From Candidatus Magasanikbacteria bacterium RIFCSPHIGHO2_02_FULL_48_18 (GTDB taxonomy: Bacteria > Patescibacteriota > Patescibacteriia > Magasanikbacterales > UBA922), in contig MFQC01000001.1 of the NCBI GenBank assembly GCA_001784285.1, positions 29,780 through 93,779 on the forward strand: a stretch of DNA of 64,000 nt, written 5' to 3'. The notes under the pieces were generated by a model that ran no database searches, was not told the origin of the DNA, and was given only the letters and a program-made list of their open reading frames with translations. Within the stretch, counting starts at the first letter, position 1; each line of letters begins with the position of its first letter. The position numbers and the translations under genes are program-made. This document shows, in pieces, positions 59,401 through 64,000 of the stretch.

Positions 59401-59956
59401 TAATACTCTTGACATAAAACGTATCCGCGCACCAAGACGGCTTTTTAAATCCTTCTTCCAGCTCACAGGCACACAATGGGTCAATCATGGGATCGCAGGT
59501 AAACGGTGTTTTCGGACAATCCGGCCCCACACAGCCCCCGCCCCCGTCTCCTCCACCGCCGGTAAGTGCTTTCAGTAAAAATTGAACAATCGTAAGGGCG
59601 GAAAGAATAATAACAAGCCCAATCACGCCATTGATAATAGTTTGTTTTGCTCGAGTTATTTTGTCTTCTTCACCCTGCGAGGTCATGTAGAGGTACCCGC
59701 CATACAAAATAATCCCCAACAAAACAATCCCAACAAGGCCCAGAAGAACACGAATGATCTTCCCGATAATAATACGAATATCGGTCCCATTGAGCGAAAT
59801 GCCCTGCTCCACCTCGCTCACGCCAAAATCGGTTTGAGCAAAAACCGTATCGACAGAATACGACACCGCCAATCCAAACAGAAACAGCGAAAAGAACAAC
59901 CCTAAAAAGAGAAAATGCCTCCTGTGTGTGCGTTGTCTCTTCTTTTGGAACGGCAT
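47483..59956 (-). CDS. Giant (4157 aa) pilin-anchored multidomain surface protein
   Basis: N-terminal TrbC/VirB2-like pilin hairpin, about 4 SbsA-type Ig domains, a LamG-like segment, about 4 IPT/TIG domains, about 10 CGxG...GExCD Cys-rich repeats, a PsbP-like domain, a YCF48/BNR propeller (TxDGGxTW), a pseudopilin-like domain and a dockerin-like GDINGD/DLNCDG pair. Confidence 0.85.
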   Translation of the reverse strand: MPFQKKRQRTHRRHFLFLGLFFSLFLFGLAVSYSVDTVFAQTDFGVSEVEQGISLNGTDIRIIIGKIIRVLLGLVGIVLLGIILYGGYLYMTSQGEEDKITRAKQTIINGVIGLVIILSALTIVQFLLKALTGGGGDGGGGCVGPDCPKTPFTCDPMIDPLCACELEEGFKKPSWCADTFYVKSITPSTPAAPPGTKMNNIRVRAIFSQPIGSIDANTIFHLEKNGQSYDLQTALKEKSYVAEGVYAGGDSCSFPEPLIHDLPWVDLLQVSGIDPGEEGYLVDSVSKTKTVPGEDLLPYMAQPMTMELTLQLDDPLPAGGGVERLIYKNGNTPNFMEYGFLFFAGGGGFCFISQYAINNPTTQNSPHVCDKKSSFVVGQPNQYIITWENNSLKMYNKAGQLIDESKEVPPPFVPSAAPWKIAEKMAGVDYTLFSFQSLPQGLSAAQVQQYFAEKSLGVSSDVCLPFDTNADYAIQINDTVTNAAGDVLENMDEEGVSYPLSASFLADQIYFDFVKPTIGDVFVNGMKVIGNAPLLLQKGSQYTLKTVVDDYAPNNFGGVSYALVHVSATGPNGPSLFQNYYVDGPVVSIGSSQPFPIDIVDYVWQTFTVGKTYWLVIAAHDIDGNETKKSIPFMVNGGSGECDQFGKPLPGVDPSLCPFTSGNDCTTDAQCPADEKCIDNTSGEFCSGTPKAECTCTEWPTITGVDPLDGASGNWVTILGAHFGDDAGQIRFGIDTNDDGEIVSQDGEGYAISGEIVSCNTDTWRDSWIIAEVPEDTVLPQSSQSGIQIERAASEKPAGIVAPMTDSTVDDHLPYVGMFEKNTVERPGLCGVTVLDENGVSTGQTAGTVNTPVLAEGSGFQNTQNESAIAFGNIPASVKTGDWSSENIKTTVPSIDTQGAESLAVGVVVTVGGENSNGVPFTVVKNTEDLQPVIESINPPTSTPKSYVTIFGKGFGTSGQVYLAEDQEAVLGCVQKKANNQTPTAADGCFEMGQQFPLGCSETWTNTQVIVEVPEVGFQEYALALINNSLFSTDGAKTFEVQNGAPKPSICSLTPKAGNSPILDINKKVKIVGKNFGSGSAITYFWTQGAVTTTPSTWLSATHNDWFDPNKDISELIPGFINPPLVAEDIPAWTDGEIQTLFPVKDASLGGYSMKKGPIQVQVDTEQSNWVMYEAADCRNAGQDLKNQYAAQYQCCETGGDVGQWKLKNALCAGGSREAGYVWRFSTGKIPVSPHVVEQCDVLNWNVAGVAVPFPSPVPWSGWEGGADACVNGTVAVQFTMPMDAASFNEETVKIYTCGSGEQSDCGDNPILIPFASLEEKGLEYIGGGQDILKIIKGDFSQGNLDPGVWYRVELLSGIQSAPQNLGPGKENVTIPLGKSAVLHCDPLNAEDTVYCFEFKTGSSCVLSSVGIEPPEKEVSYLGVLLGQAFANDDTANLKGLFTVNDVLTATKNDPNALFYYMLMGKSDKACNVLEVNGLGWQWATSDEAKATALVVQNIPNHDDFGNAIALENTTPGFVDITAVSNFSIKNNTAGIDTDFLDVGSNITEILNAIPSELTINLSNPSVSYFEPNCAEACINGGIMVQFDTYMDKTTYANGFAVFECANANCANLTNVTNLFVPLNPALQTNFILRATLNPGEMLKPNTYYKVALNEENTVGGQTVSPVAGIYDGQIGIMSAGSKNDLAKVGKQLPPTSWVFKTKDSTVPCTADGLNVLPNPFSAYVIGEKTLFTAQPKASPNECSKYGQLLNQWDYGYAWGTLNQNVASVTNFISPASLQPFCTKNCLPKGSVFTAKEAESLYLCGNGTQDPGEDCDWGMDPTDYCTESCLFTESKATAEGLVGSEPYSLFDPTKVGQSWCGDGQLTLGEACDIGISLEKAGATPWNSKINCTNTCVHTGTQPQAWLCEGSSSPLCKESASVCGNGYLEKGEECEVQSETQIKKWIVNGSGNFVETVVNASEEQCGASCLLQDVCGTALEQCDPTQDAGCLKDCTFAGSSLLYPEPSLCGNTIVDAGEYAMCEVSATGNTHGNNPLQLVTAVGNGAVDPVSFAQSTQIEATLDGWYTSTTPGVSITGLADYSLQCGFTEFQAPDDNDDYNNCVENPDNEFGVGKNSCCYPRPKRTSEYPQDGTGLADEPACPNTYIEVTFDGAIDENTLTVPGNFVITNGHEDKNFDCAAQGEADVTDMVQATFAYNDVGSEQSFFVKLWNHVKQFFAKLFGRDVLATEFANAVDDMSVWCSGSVTAVPKVAYTKNSDDKVVSSTVSLVINKLLQFDTVYAVMLRGGLGGIADVKGVGIKNPESGNTSRDDIWVFQTGNAVCKLAGVSIEPDSYLFDAPNTTSTFHAITNSQNNQQIVPISSVYDWEWDWGPKENELFTIPHPDSPDPDGKTDTIAIGSKTVQGEATGFVNATVVADAEVTNNHVGKVFSASTDLFAVFCEKPWPAKKSDGTWKPWSEADPSAFHVAMWYCSDAGAPGTALDDLPFLNVETTLATQDPLSIIKLGFFNNQNDDLVGLQIFKNPKRLSPIAWLKEYKGFQVGGFQAVEVDGYQAITDGSNYYINVLNKDDANNKWYSNIYLFSINTDAQASTKNVFTQIINSLTFNINIPDDPYCGDGTNVNIAQSLSCDSDLSCKDAVIQNVTEEQAGACMVDEGYAQVVVDGVSVGLNTITFVGDKGWIGTESGEVKILKTEDSGKTWAPITIPNLPGSGIIIIEDVLFLNENHGWLAGRVGTFMETTDGGTTWESIDTKRFITDPGTSLEAISFGDASTGWVAGTNGIILWTWDTGKTWQKQQPPKGKESVYFHGVFFFDRNYGWVVGSEGTILATTNGGKTWIVQNSNVDSELYGVHFSSKTNGWVVGDGGKLLFTNDGGKTWALKNTVDGLNAIQVKQLTFKDIFVSPDGQYVLALSEQRRLVETTDGGNTWHVIWNQGANAVMGKYLGLFAKDKDTIWVVGEKGLVLTNTLPPLSCSVNTDCSGFNTCLGYAPEIVETVPLTTCHNYRTKLKRDLSRLEDIRDVQEAMFQYYSMHGNVYPDLQAGTFIPYYTNSRWPSWVQTLSKEITFGMPNDPLNQWSECDPEDQQTCWESKTPAFHCPLQSSIYEYTFAPSNKKYAFHAPMEYFSNTDLKQFKEFTILGYADKQYIPGDINGDNVVNSEDQTCLNQLNLYVEGVQNGIIPASLSPYQWDGTKDCLSVSVEEADLNCDGIINVSDVSFLGLSLIPNNPAQDSNNNGFHDNCEGQAYMTSFYTTAQACQPGTFMSPFAGVCGDGNLNQGEECESPNSTVYVAGGNCAFSEAYIGLCGADCAWAESPSCKPIAECGNSKVELGEGCDDGNTASLDGCSAICQFEQSKCGDGKYFNNVGLLCEKLSAAPAFVLPANNNTYTRMQCDANFEQWLLQCFTGLNSKVDCQNAFTYLNTKSFAFNNYSIAKVFSALFDGLLGSFGDDNDFGFSIYPEECTKFTGRCFKDPGILCDKSIDCENVPVATKLLSIENLTKAANNQSFNEQTYIDSLFTPTVEDKGSCVKNVSSGPTYHTIKELSCSWDCTSYGGYCGDGKVNAQYEACDDGNDTALDGCTPACQKENVACKAQNPYLKEVKNAAANTTWIYLGKGDYDAPTSFQGTPISACVSETTGTDICRAYGLGCLGFVVGVDPPEGPQYCPQNLTDKTAAQDQSLKSVALICDGIYAGAAQGTQSETGCGNGTLDEGEQCDLGSANGKECTPGYNLECTYCTKECTEITKPATGYCGDAKVNTGSSEQCDMVAATGQVVQKKVGNLASPITCESLYTDDGDATTDPKYGYGSFACENQCLNLVSGCVLCGEATTGKKAQWSVMNVMLGNSVQMGDEWRKKMKLSLYKVGPDGANKKKIGSEKDMPAAFMDYNTFSGSPLIEGSALCSAAYKTTFSSVANSSYFPYPLNVSGADIKNEFLLSPATPPNTYRVVVRWGNSFGKNDILPHVYHDPATGPQIKSGSYPTVNPLAASQNFCDTIKQTTSNAIKYWYPDGCSGYGGSIFVHPYGQIGQINAQSFTINTNPLNNGDKLGFFVKNITHSIFEDQNNTSFIVELYKPKSFTNADDPLSAMYLPDQVFPITEAKGTSTNKNAEYWHVFNLVKDGNGDIKIESQQKIRTCFCDVQNAVNPGSCALTGTDQCPNSGGLQ

Positions 59957-59964
59957 GCAAAAAA

Positions 59965-62235
59965 TTAAAGGCTCTTCGATTCCATATAGTCAAGGCAGAG
60001 CGGAATATTTTCTTTCAAAAGATCGGGGCTGTCATCGGTGAGCGTTTTACCGATAACAGACGTCACGGCACAGCCCGTATCTGTATTAGCCTCATATGCG
60101 GCCATCACACAGTTCCCGTTTGTGATGCCCGTGTTTTGATTGAATGTACATTCTTTCGACGACCCGCCGATATTTTCTTCCGGAGTTGCGCTAAATGGCC
60201 CGATGCCCGGATAAAGGCAATTTTGATATGCGTCCTTGAGGGTGCTCGAAACGGTTGGAAAATAGTACAAATCCGTGTCATACGGCCCAAATCCACGGCC
60301 GCCATATGGCTTGGCAAAGGCAATCGTGGTGGTTGGCCCATAGGCGGTCGTCATACTATTTCCAATGGAATGAGGCCACGTGCCATTCACATTTCCTGCC
60401 AAAAGACCTTGAAGTGTTATCGTATTTCCTTCCGCGTCTTCCCCAAGCTCAATTGATGCGGTGTCCATATCGGCTGGCGCATATTCTTTGACATCAATAT
60501 CATAGAGCGACGTGCTCAGCATGAGTTTGCTAAATTCAAGGGATAATGGTGCGTTTTCAACCACATCCTGACCGTCCGGTCCGGGTCGCACACGCTTTAT
60601 ATATGGCGCAATAAGATCTTTTTCGTTTTGTATGGTGTAATCCCAGCAGTAATTATCTTTTTTTGATTCTGGCGCACATTCCTGCTCATCAATCACGGCA
60701 CTATCTCCAATGGACGGCTTTCCATTTGCGATACCATTGACATTGCCGTCCAGGGCGTTCCCCGACGCATCGGTAATACCGGTAAACGGAAAGGACTTAA
60801 ACGAGGTAAGCGATGCGGTATTTATCAATTGGGCGGTTCTTAGCAGTGTCTGGTACCCATTGGTACACGACGTATCACCGGGCGTACAATCCAATTGGAT
60901 ACAATAAATTTGTTCCCCGCACGCGTTTTGACCGCAGGGATTGTTTGGGATGAATTCCACCGTGGTATAGCCATTTGAAATAATCCACTCTCCCGAAGGG
61001 AGTATGGCATTCCCCGTAGTGCTACCAAACGCAATATGAAAAAGCGTGGTATTTTCGGGATCCAATTGATCCACAATGCCTTGGACTTGGAGCGGATCCA
61101 TCGCCTCACTAAAATCGATCCGAAGAATCTTGTTGCTTTTATCGGTACTCCCCTGAACCGGTGTAACAAAAAGAACGGTGGGCGGTGTCTCATCAAACAC
61201 CGTATCGGTCTGAAAATTCCACGCGTAAAAACCGGCCGCGCCAAGGTACCCATCAGCAATCTCTCCGGTTTCCGGATGTTTTTTCAGCAGGCCTTTTTCC
61301 TGATCTTTGCCGCCGGTGATGCGGGCCGTATACCATAATTTTTCATTGTCATTGCCAAGCGGGCTATGTGGCTTCAAGACAAACGTGGTTGCGTTGTTTT
61401 TGGCGTCATACGTGGTCATCGCGGCAAACGGAAGAAAGTCATCTCCCGTAAGGTTAAGGAACGGCGTCGTGGTTGTTTGATACAGCCGAATGGTCCCCGG
61501 ATTTGCCTGGTCGCACTCCTCGCTCCAGTACGTATTCGCGTTAAATGGTTCTCCGGGATGCGTGTCTTCCCACAAAAGACAGTTGCCAAAAATACCGTCG
61601 GCATTGGTATCGAGAATAATACTTTCCGGAAGAATAGGCTCACGAAAAGTAATAAAAATTTGTGTGTCTCTTGGAACATCCACTTGCCCGGCAAACGGAT
61701 AATGATCTTTGATAAGGCCTCCCAGTCCTCCGCTCCCCCAAAAACTTTCAATGGCCGGCGGTTTGGGAGCGGTAATTCCTCCGCCGCCGCCGCCTTTATT
61801 GGTGAGGGCATTCAATAAAAATTGAACTATTGCCAATGAAGACAAAATAATCACCAGACCAATCACGCCATTCATGAGTATTTTCTTTCCTTGCTCAACT
61901 TTGTCCGCGTTTCCGCCCGATACCATAATGGTGTACCCGCCATACAAGATAATACCGAGCGCGATAATACCAAGAAGGCCAAGAAGAACGCGAATAATTT
62001 TCCCAACAATCACCCGAATATCAATACCACTTAAAGAAATGCCTTCTTCCACTTCTTGCACGCCAAAATCTTGCGGCGGTGCCTGATTGTCTACAAACTG
62101 CGCGGAGACAGAAAGAACGCCGGAAAAGAAAAAAAGGAAAAAACAAACAAAAAAAACCCGTCTTTTCCAAAATGGACTTAATAATGTTCTTGTGTCTTTT
62201 GCAAAATGATATTGCTTCATGATGAATGAAGACAA
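59965..62235 (-). CDS. Pilin-anchored protein with SbsA-type Ig-like domains
   Basis: Pilin hairpin very similar to that of the giant protein, followed by about 3 Ig-like repeats (HYP...VPRDTQIFITFREPI; PPTVLFVTP...IDFSEAMDP; APYIKRVRP...LEFSKLM). Cys-rich. Confidence 0.8.
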   Translation of the reverse strand: MSSFIMKQYHFAKDTRTLLSPFWKRRVFFVCFFLFFFSGVLSVSAQFVDNQAPPQDFGVQEVEEGISLSGIDIRVIVGKIIRVLLGLLGIIALGIILYGGYTIMVSGGNADKVEQGKKILMNGVIGLVIILSSLAIVQFLLNALTNKGGGGGGITAPKPPAIESFWGSGGLGGLIKDHYPFAGQVDVPRDTQIFITFREPILPESIILDTNADGIFGNCLLWEDTHPGEPFNANTYWSEECDQANPGTIRLYQTTTTPFLNLTGDDFLPFAAMTTYDAKNNATTFVLKPHSPLGNDNEKLWYTARITGGKDQEKGLLKKHPETGEIADGYLGAAGFYAWNFQTDTVFDETPPTVLFVTPVQGSTDKSNKILRIDFSEAMDPLQVQGIVDQLDPENTTLFHIAFGSTTGNAILPSGEWIISNGYTTVEFIPNNPCGQNACGEQIYCIQLDCTPGDTSCTNGYQTLLRTAQLINTASLTSFKSFPFTGITDASGNALDGNVNGIANGKPSIGDSAVIDEQECAPESKKDNYCWDYTIQNEKDLIAPYIKRVRPGPDGQDVVENAPLSLEFSKLMLSTSLYDIDVKEYAPADMDTASIELGEDAEGNTITLQGLLAGNVNGTWPHSIGNSMTTAYGPTTTIAFAKPYGGRGFGPYDTDLYYFPTVSSTLKDAYQNCLYPGIGPFSATPEENIGGSSKECTFNQNTGITNGNCVMAAYEANTDTGCAVTSVIGKTLTDDSPDLLKENIPLCLDYMESKSL

Positions 62236-62298
62236 ATGCGTCGCGTACGCCCAGTATACAAAAAATTGTAATCAAAGTACAGTTATTCACCCATTTTT

Positions 62299-62751
62299 TT
62301 ATTTCTTTTCCGGCAAAAAATCCGTGACTATTTTTTTCACCCGCTCTCCGCTTGCCTCACCCCGGGCTTCTTTCATGACCGCGCCCATCACACGGCCAAA
62401 CTGCGACGCATCCGGATGACCCATCTCCCCAATAATTTTTGAAACCAGCGCCCGCAAGGCCTCATCGCTCATTTCGGTTGGGAGATAGGAACGCAACAGG
62501 GCAAGCTCATGTTCTGTCTTTCGCACCAAATCGTCTCTTCCTCCTTTTTGAAAATCCAGCAAGGCATCTTCGGACTGCTTTACCTGGCGGCGAATCACGG
62601 AAACAACATCGTCATCCAGCGCTTCCCGACGGGCGTCAATTTCCGCATTGCGGACGGCAGACCACATCATGCGCAATACGGACAATTTTTCTGTTTCCTT
62701 ATTTTTTAATGCCACCATCTGATCGCGCTGAATCTGTTCTTTGAGAGACAT
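62299..62751 (-). CDS. yqeY: GatB/YqeY domain protein
   Basis: MSLKEQIQRD...ALK, F.KGGRDDL...E..LL.SYLP, GRVMGAVMK. Confidence 0.92.
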   Translation of the reverse strand: MSLKEQIQRDQMVALKNKETEKLSVLRMMWSAVRNAEIDARREALDDDVVSVIRRQVKQSEDALLDFQKGGRDDLVRKTEHELALLRSYLPTEMSDEALRALVSKIIGEMGHPDASQFGRVMGAVMKEARGEASGERVKKIVTDFLPEKK

Positions 62752-62809
62752 ATTTTCATTATTACGTTCCATGTGCATGATCCATATTTTTATAAATAGA
62801 GTATAACAC

Positions 62810-62842
62810 AAAAACAAGTGAACGAAAACGTCACTTGTTTTT
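62810..62842 (-). terminator. Hairpin/terminator after rpsU
   Basis: 12-bp inverted repeat AAAAACAAGTGA/TCACTTGTTTTT. Confidence 0.6.
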
Positions 62843-62866
62843 ACATGCAATAAGGCAACAACCAAG

Positions 62867-63103
62867 TTATCGGCGGGGCATGTCTTCCGGGGGCAACTTG
62901 CCGATTTTACGCAAGTAATCCATTTTTGCGTGAAGAGAGGCGCGCTTTATCGCGTTTCGTCGTTGGACATTTTTGCTCTTTTTTGGTTCAAAAAATTGGA
63001 CTTTCCGAACCTGGAGCAATTTTCCAGAGCGCTGCCATCCCTGTTTGACACGGCGCATGAACGCCTCGAATGACTCGCCTTTTCGTCTTTTTAATTCTGA
63101 CAC
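62867..63103 (-). CDS. rpsU: 30S ribosomal protein bS21
   Basis: GTG start; KRRKGESFEAFMRRVK...SG.L..VRK..FFEP; basic; upstream of yqeY as in the common rpsU-yqeY pair. Confidence 0.88.
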   Translation of the reverse strand: MSELKRRKGESFEAFMRRVKQGWQRSGKLLQVRKVQFFEPKKSKNVQRRNAIKRASLHAKMDYLRKIGKLPPEDMPRR

Positions 63104-63108
63104 AGGTT

Positions 63109-63117
63109 TCACCTCCT
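63109..63117 (-). promoter_or_regulatory. Extended Shine-Dalgarno AGGAGGTGA of rpsU
   Basis: 9-nt match to the canonical anti-SD, 5 nt before the GTG at 63103. Confidence 0.8.
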
Positions 63118-63193
63118 GAGATAAAAAATAAATATCTTCCCTTTTGGAAAGGCCTTTACTATGCCACAGGCCCGGCGCCATTGTCAAGGCGGG

Positions 63194-64000
63194 CTATGAT
63201 GCGGCTTGTTTTTCCAAAATCTTACGGAGTTCTCTTCGTAATTTTTTCTGGTCAATAATCTCCTGAATTCCTGAAGCCATATCGCGGATAATAATCGTGC
63301 CATCCTGAAGCTCTTTATGGCCCAAAATAACCGCGTGGCTCACATGTAATTTATTGGCCAACTCGAGCTGAGATTTGAGGGCAGGTTTTGCAACATTATG
63401 GTGCACCAGGATGCCATCTTGACGAAGATCCTCGATAAGCGGCAGAGCGCGCTGGCGTGCCTGCTCGCCAAGATGAGCAAAAAAGAATGGCGAACGCTGT
63501 TCCGGCAACCCGCCTGTTCCGTCTTCTTTTTGATATTGCTTTCGAACCAACGAAATCACACGCTCAAGTCCAAGCGCAAATCCTGCGCCGGGGGTCGGCT
63601 GACCGCCCAATTGTTCCACCAACAAATCGTACCGTCCGCCGCCGCCCAGCGCTTGCGCCGGCTCTGATGACGTCTCCCCTTCCGCTTCATATATTTCAAA
63701 TACCGTGTCCGTATAATAATCAAGCCCTCGAACCAGCGTGGGGCGGAGTGCGTACGGGATATTCAATGCGTCGAGATATTCCAACACCTGCATAAAATGT
63801 TTTTTCGATTCATCGGAAAGCCAGTCAACAATTTGAGGCGCTTCTTCAATAATGGGCTGGTCCTGTTCTTCTTTCGAATCCAACACCCGAAGCGGATTTT
63901 TGGTGATGCGTTTTTTGGACAATTCGGACAGATAGCTTCTTTTTGTGCGCAAATACGCCGTGAGTTCCACCACATAGCGTCCTCGATCTTCCGTATTGCC
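63194..64000 (-). CDS. hisS: Histidine--tRNA ligase (3' part; runs off window end)
   Basis: NPLRVLDSK, LVRGLDYYT, GGGRYDLL, GFALGLER and anticodon-binding domain. Confidence 0.96.
   Translation of the reverse strand, partial: GNTEDRGRYVVELTAYLRTKRSYLSELSKKRITKNPLRVLDSKEEQDQPIIEEAPQIVDWLSDESKKHFMQVLEYLDALNIPYALRPTLVRGLDYYTDTVFEIYEAEGETSSEPAQALGGGGRYDLLVEQLGGQPTPGAGFALGLERVISLVRKQYQKEDGTGGLPEQRSPFFFAHLGEQARQRALPLIEDLRQDGILVHHNVAKPALKSQLELANKLHVSHAVILGHKELQDGTIIIRDMASGIQEIIDQKKLRRELRKILEKQAAS

Noticed and set aside
1-64000. Numerous antisense or overlapping ORFs in the six-frame track (e.g. 14701-15849, 4605-5348, 835-1293)
   Set aside because: They are shadows of well-supported genes and carry no recognisable motifs.
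1-64000. CRISPR arrays, IS elements, self-splicing introns, inteins, DGR
   Set aside because: I saw no spaced direct repeats, transposase, reverse transcriptase or LAGLIDADG motifs, and core genes are near normal length apart from short loop insertions.

Overview
A 64-kb chromosomal segment, mostly housekeeping genes. It is most likely from a Patescibacteria/CPR (Parcubacteria, ABY1-like) bacterium. That assignment is inferred from TrbC/VirB2-like pilin-domain fusion proteins, a giant Cys-rich surface protein, a short Rel, tRNA-Arg(GCG) and the scarcity of Shine-Dalgarno sites. Core genes are an ECF sigma (partial), manB, clpC, radA, recG, LCP, der, pth, dprA, folC, topA, rel, parAB, a D,D-peptidase, scpAB, aspS, asnS, pyk, htrA, nrdR, ftsZ, ftsA, dgkA, ybeY, yqeY, rpsU and hisS (partial), plus three tRNAs. 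I found no CRISPR array, prophage, integrase or IS. Main observations: (1) an unannotated locus between topA and rel with two tandem promoter-to-terminator units on the minus strand, whose predicted small RNAs share a perfect 12-nt complementarity starting at the 5' end of the first; (2) a ~17-kb operon of pilin-anchored surface proteins, including a 4157-aa modular protein, placed between yqeY and ybeY-dgkA-ftsA; (3) a pilin-fused NlpC/P60-CHAP amidase followed by an AT-rich candidate immunity or accessory gene between clpC and radA; (4) a 9-nt Shine-Dalgarno at rpsU, much the strongest among genes that mostly lack one; (5) an array of TTGTATAC boxes ahead of a small HTH gene; (6) dispersed heptamer-periodic repeats. 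Domain calls come from motifs read by eye and have not been checked by any database search.
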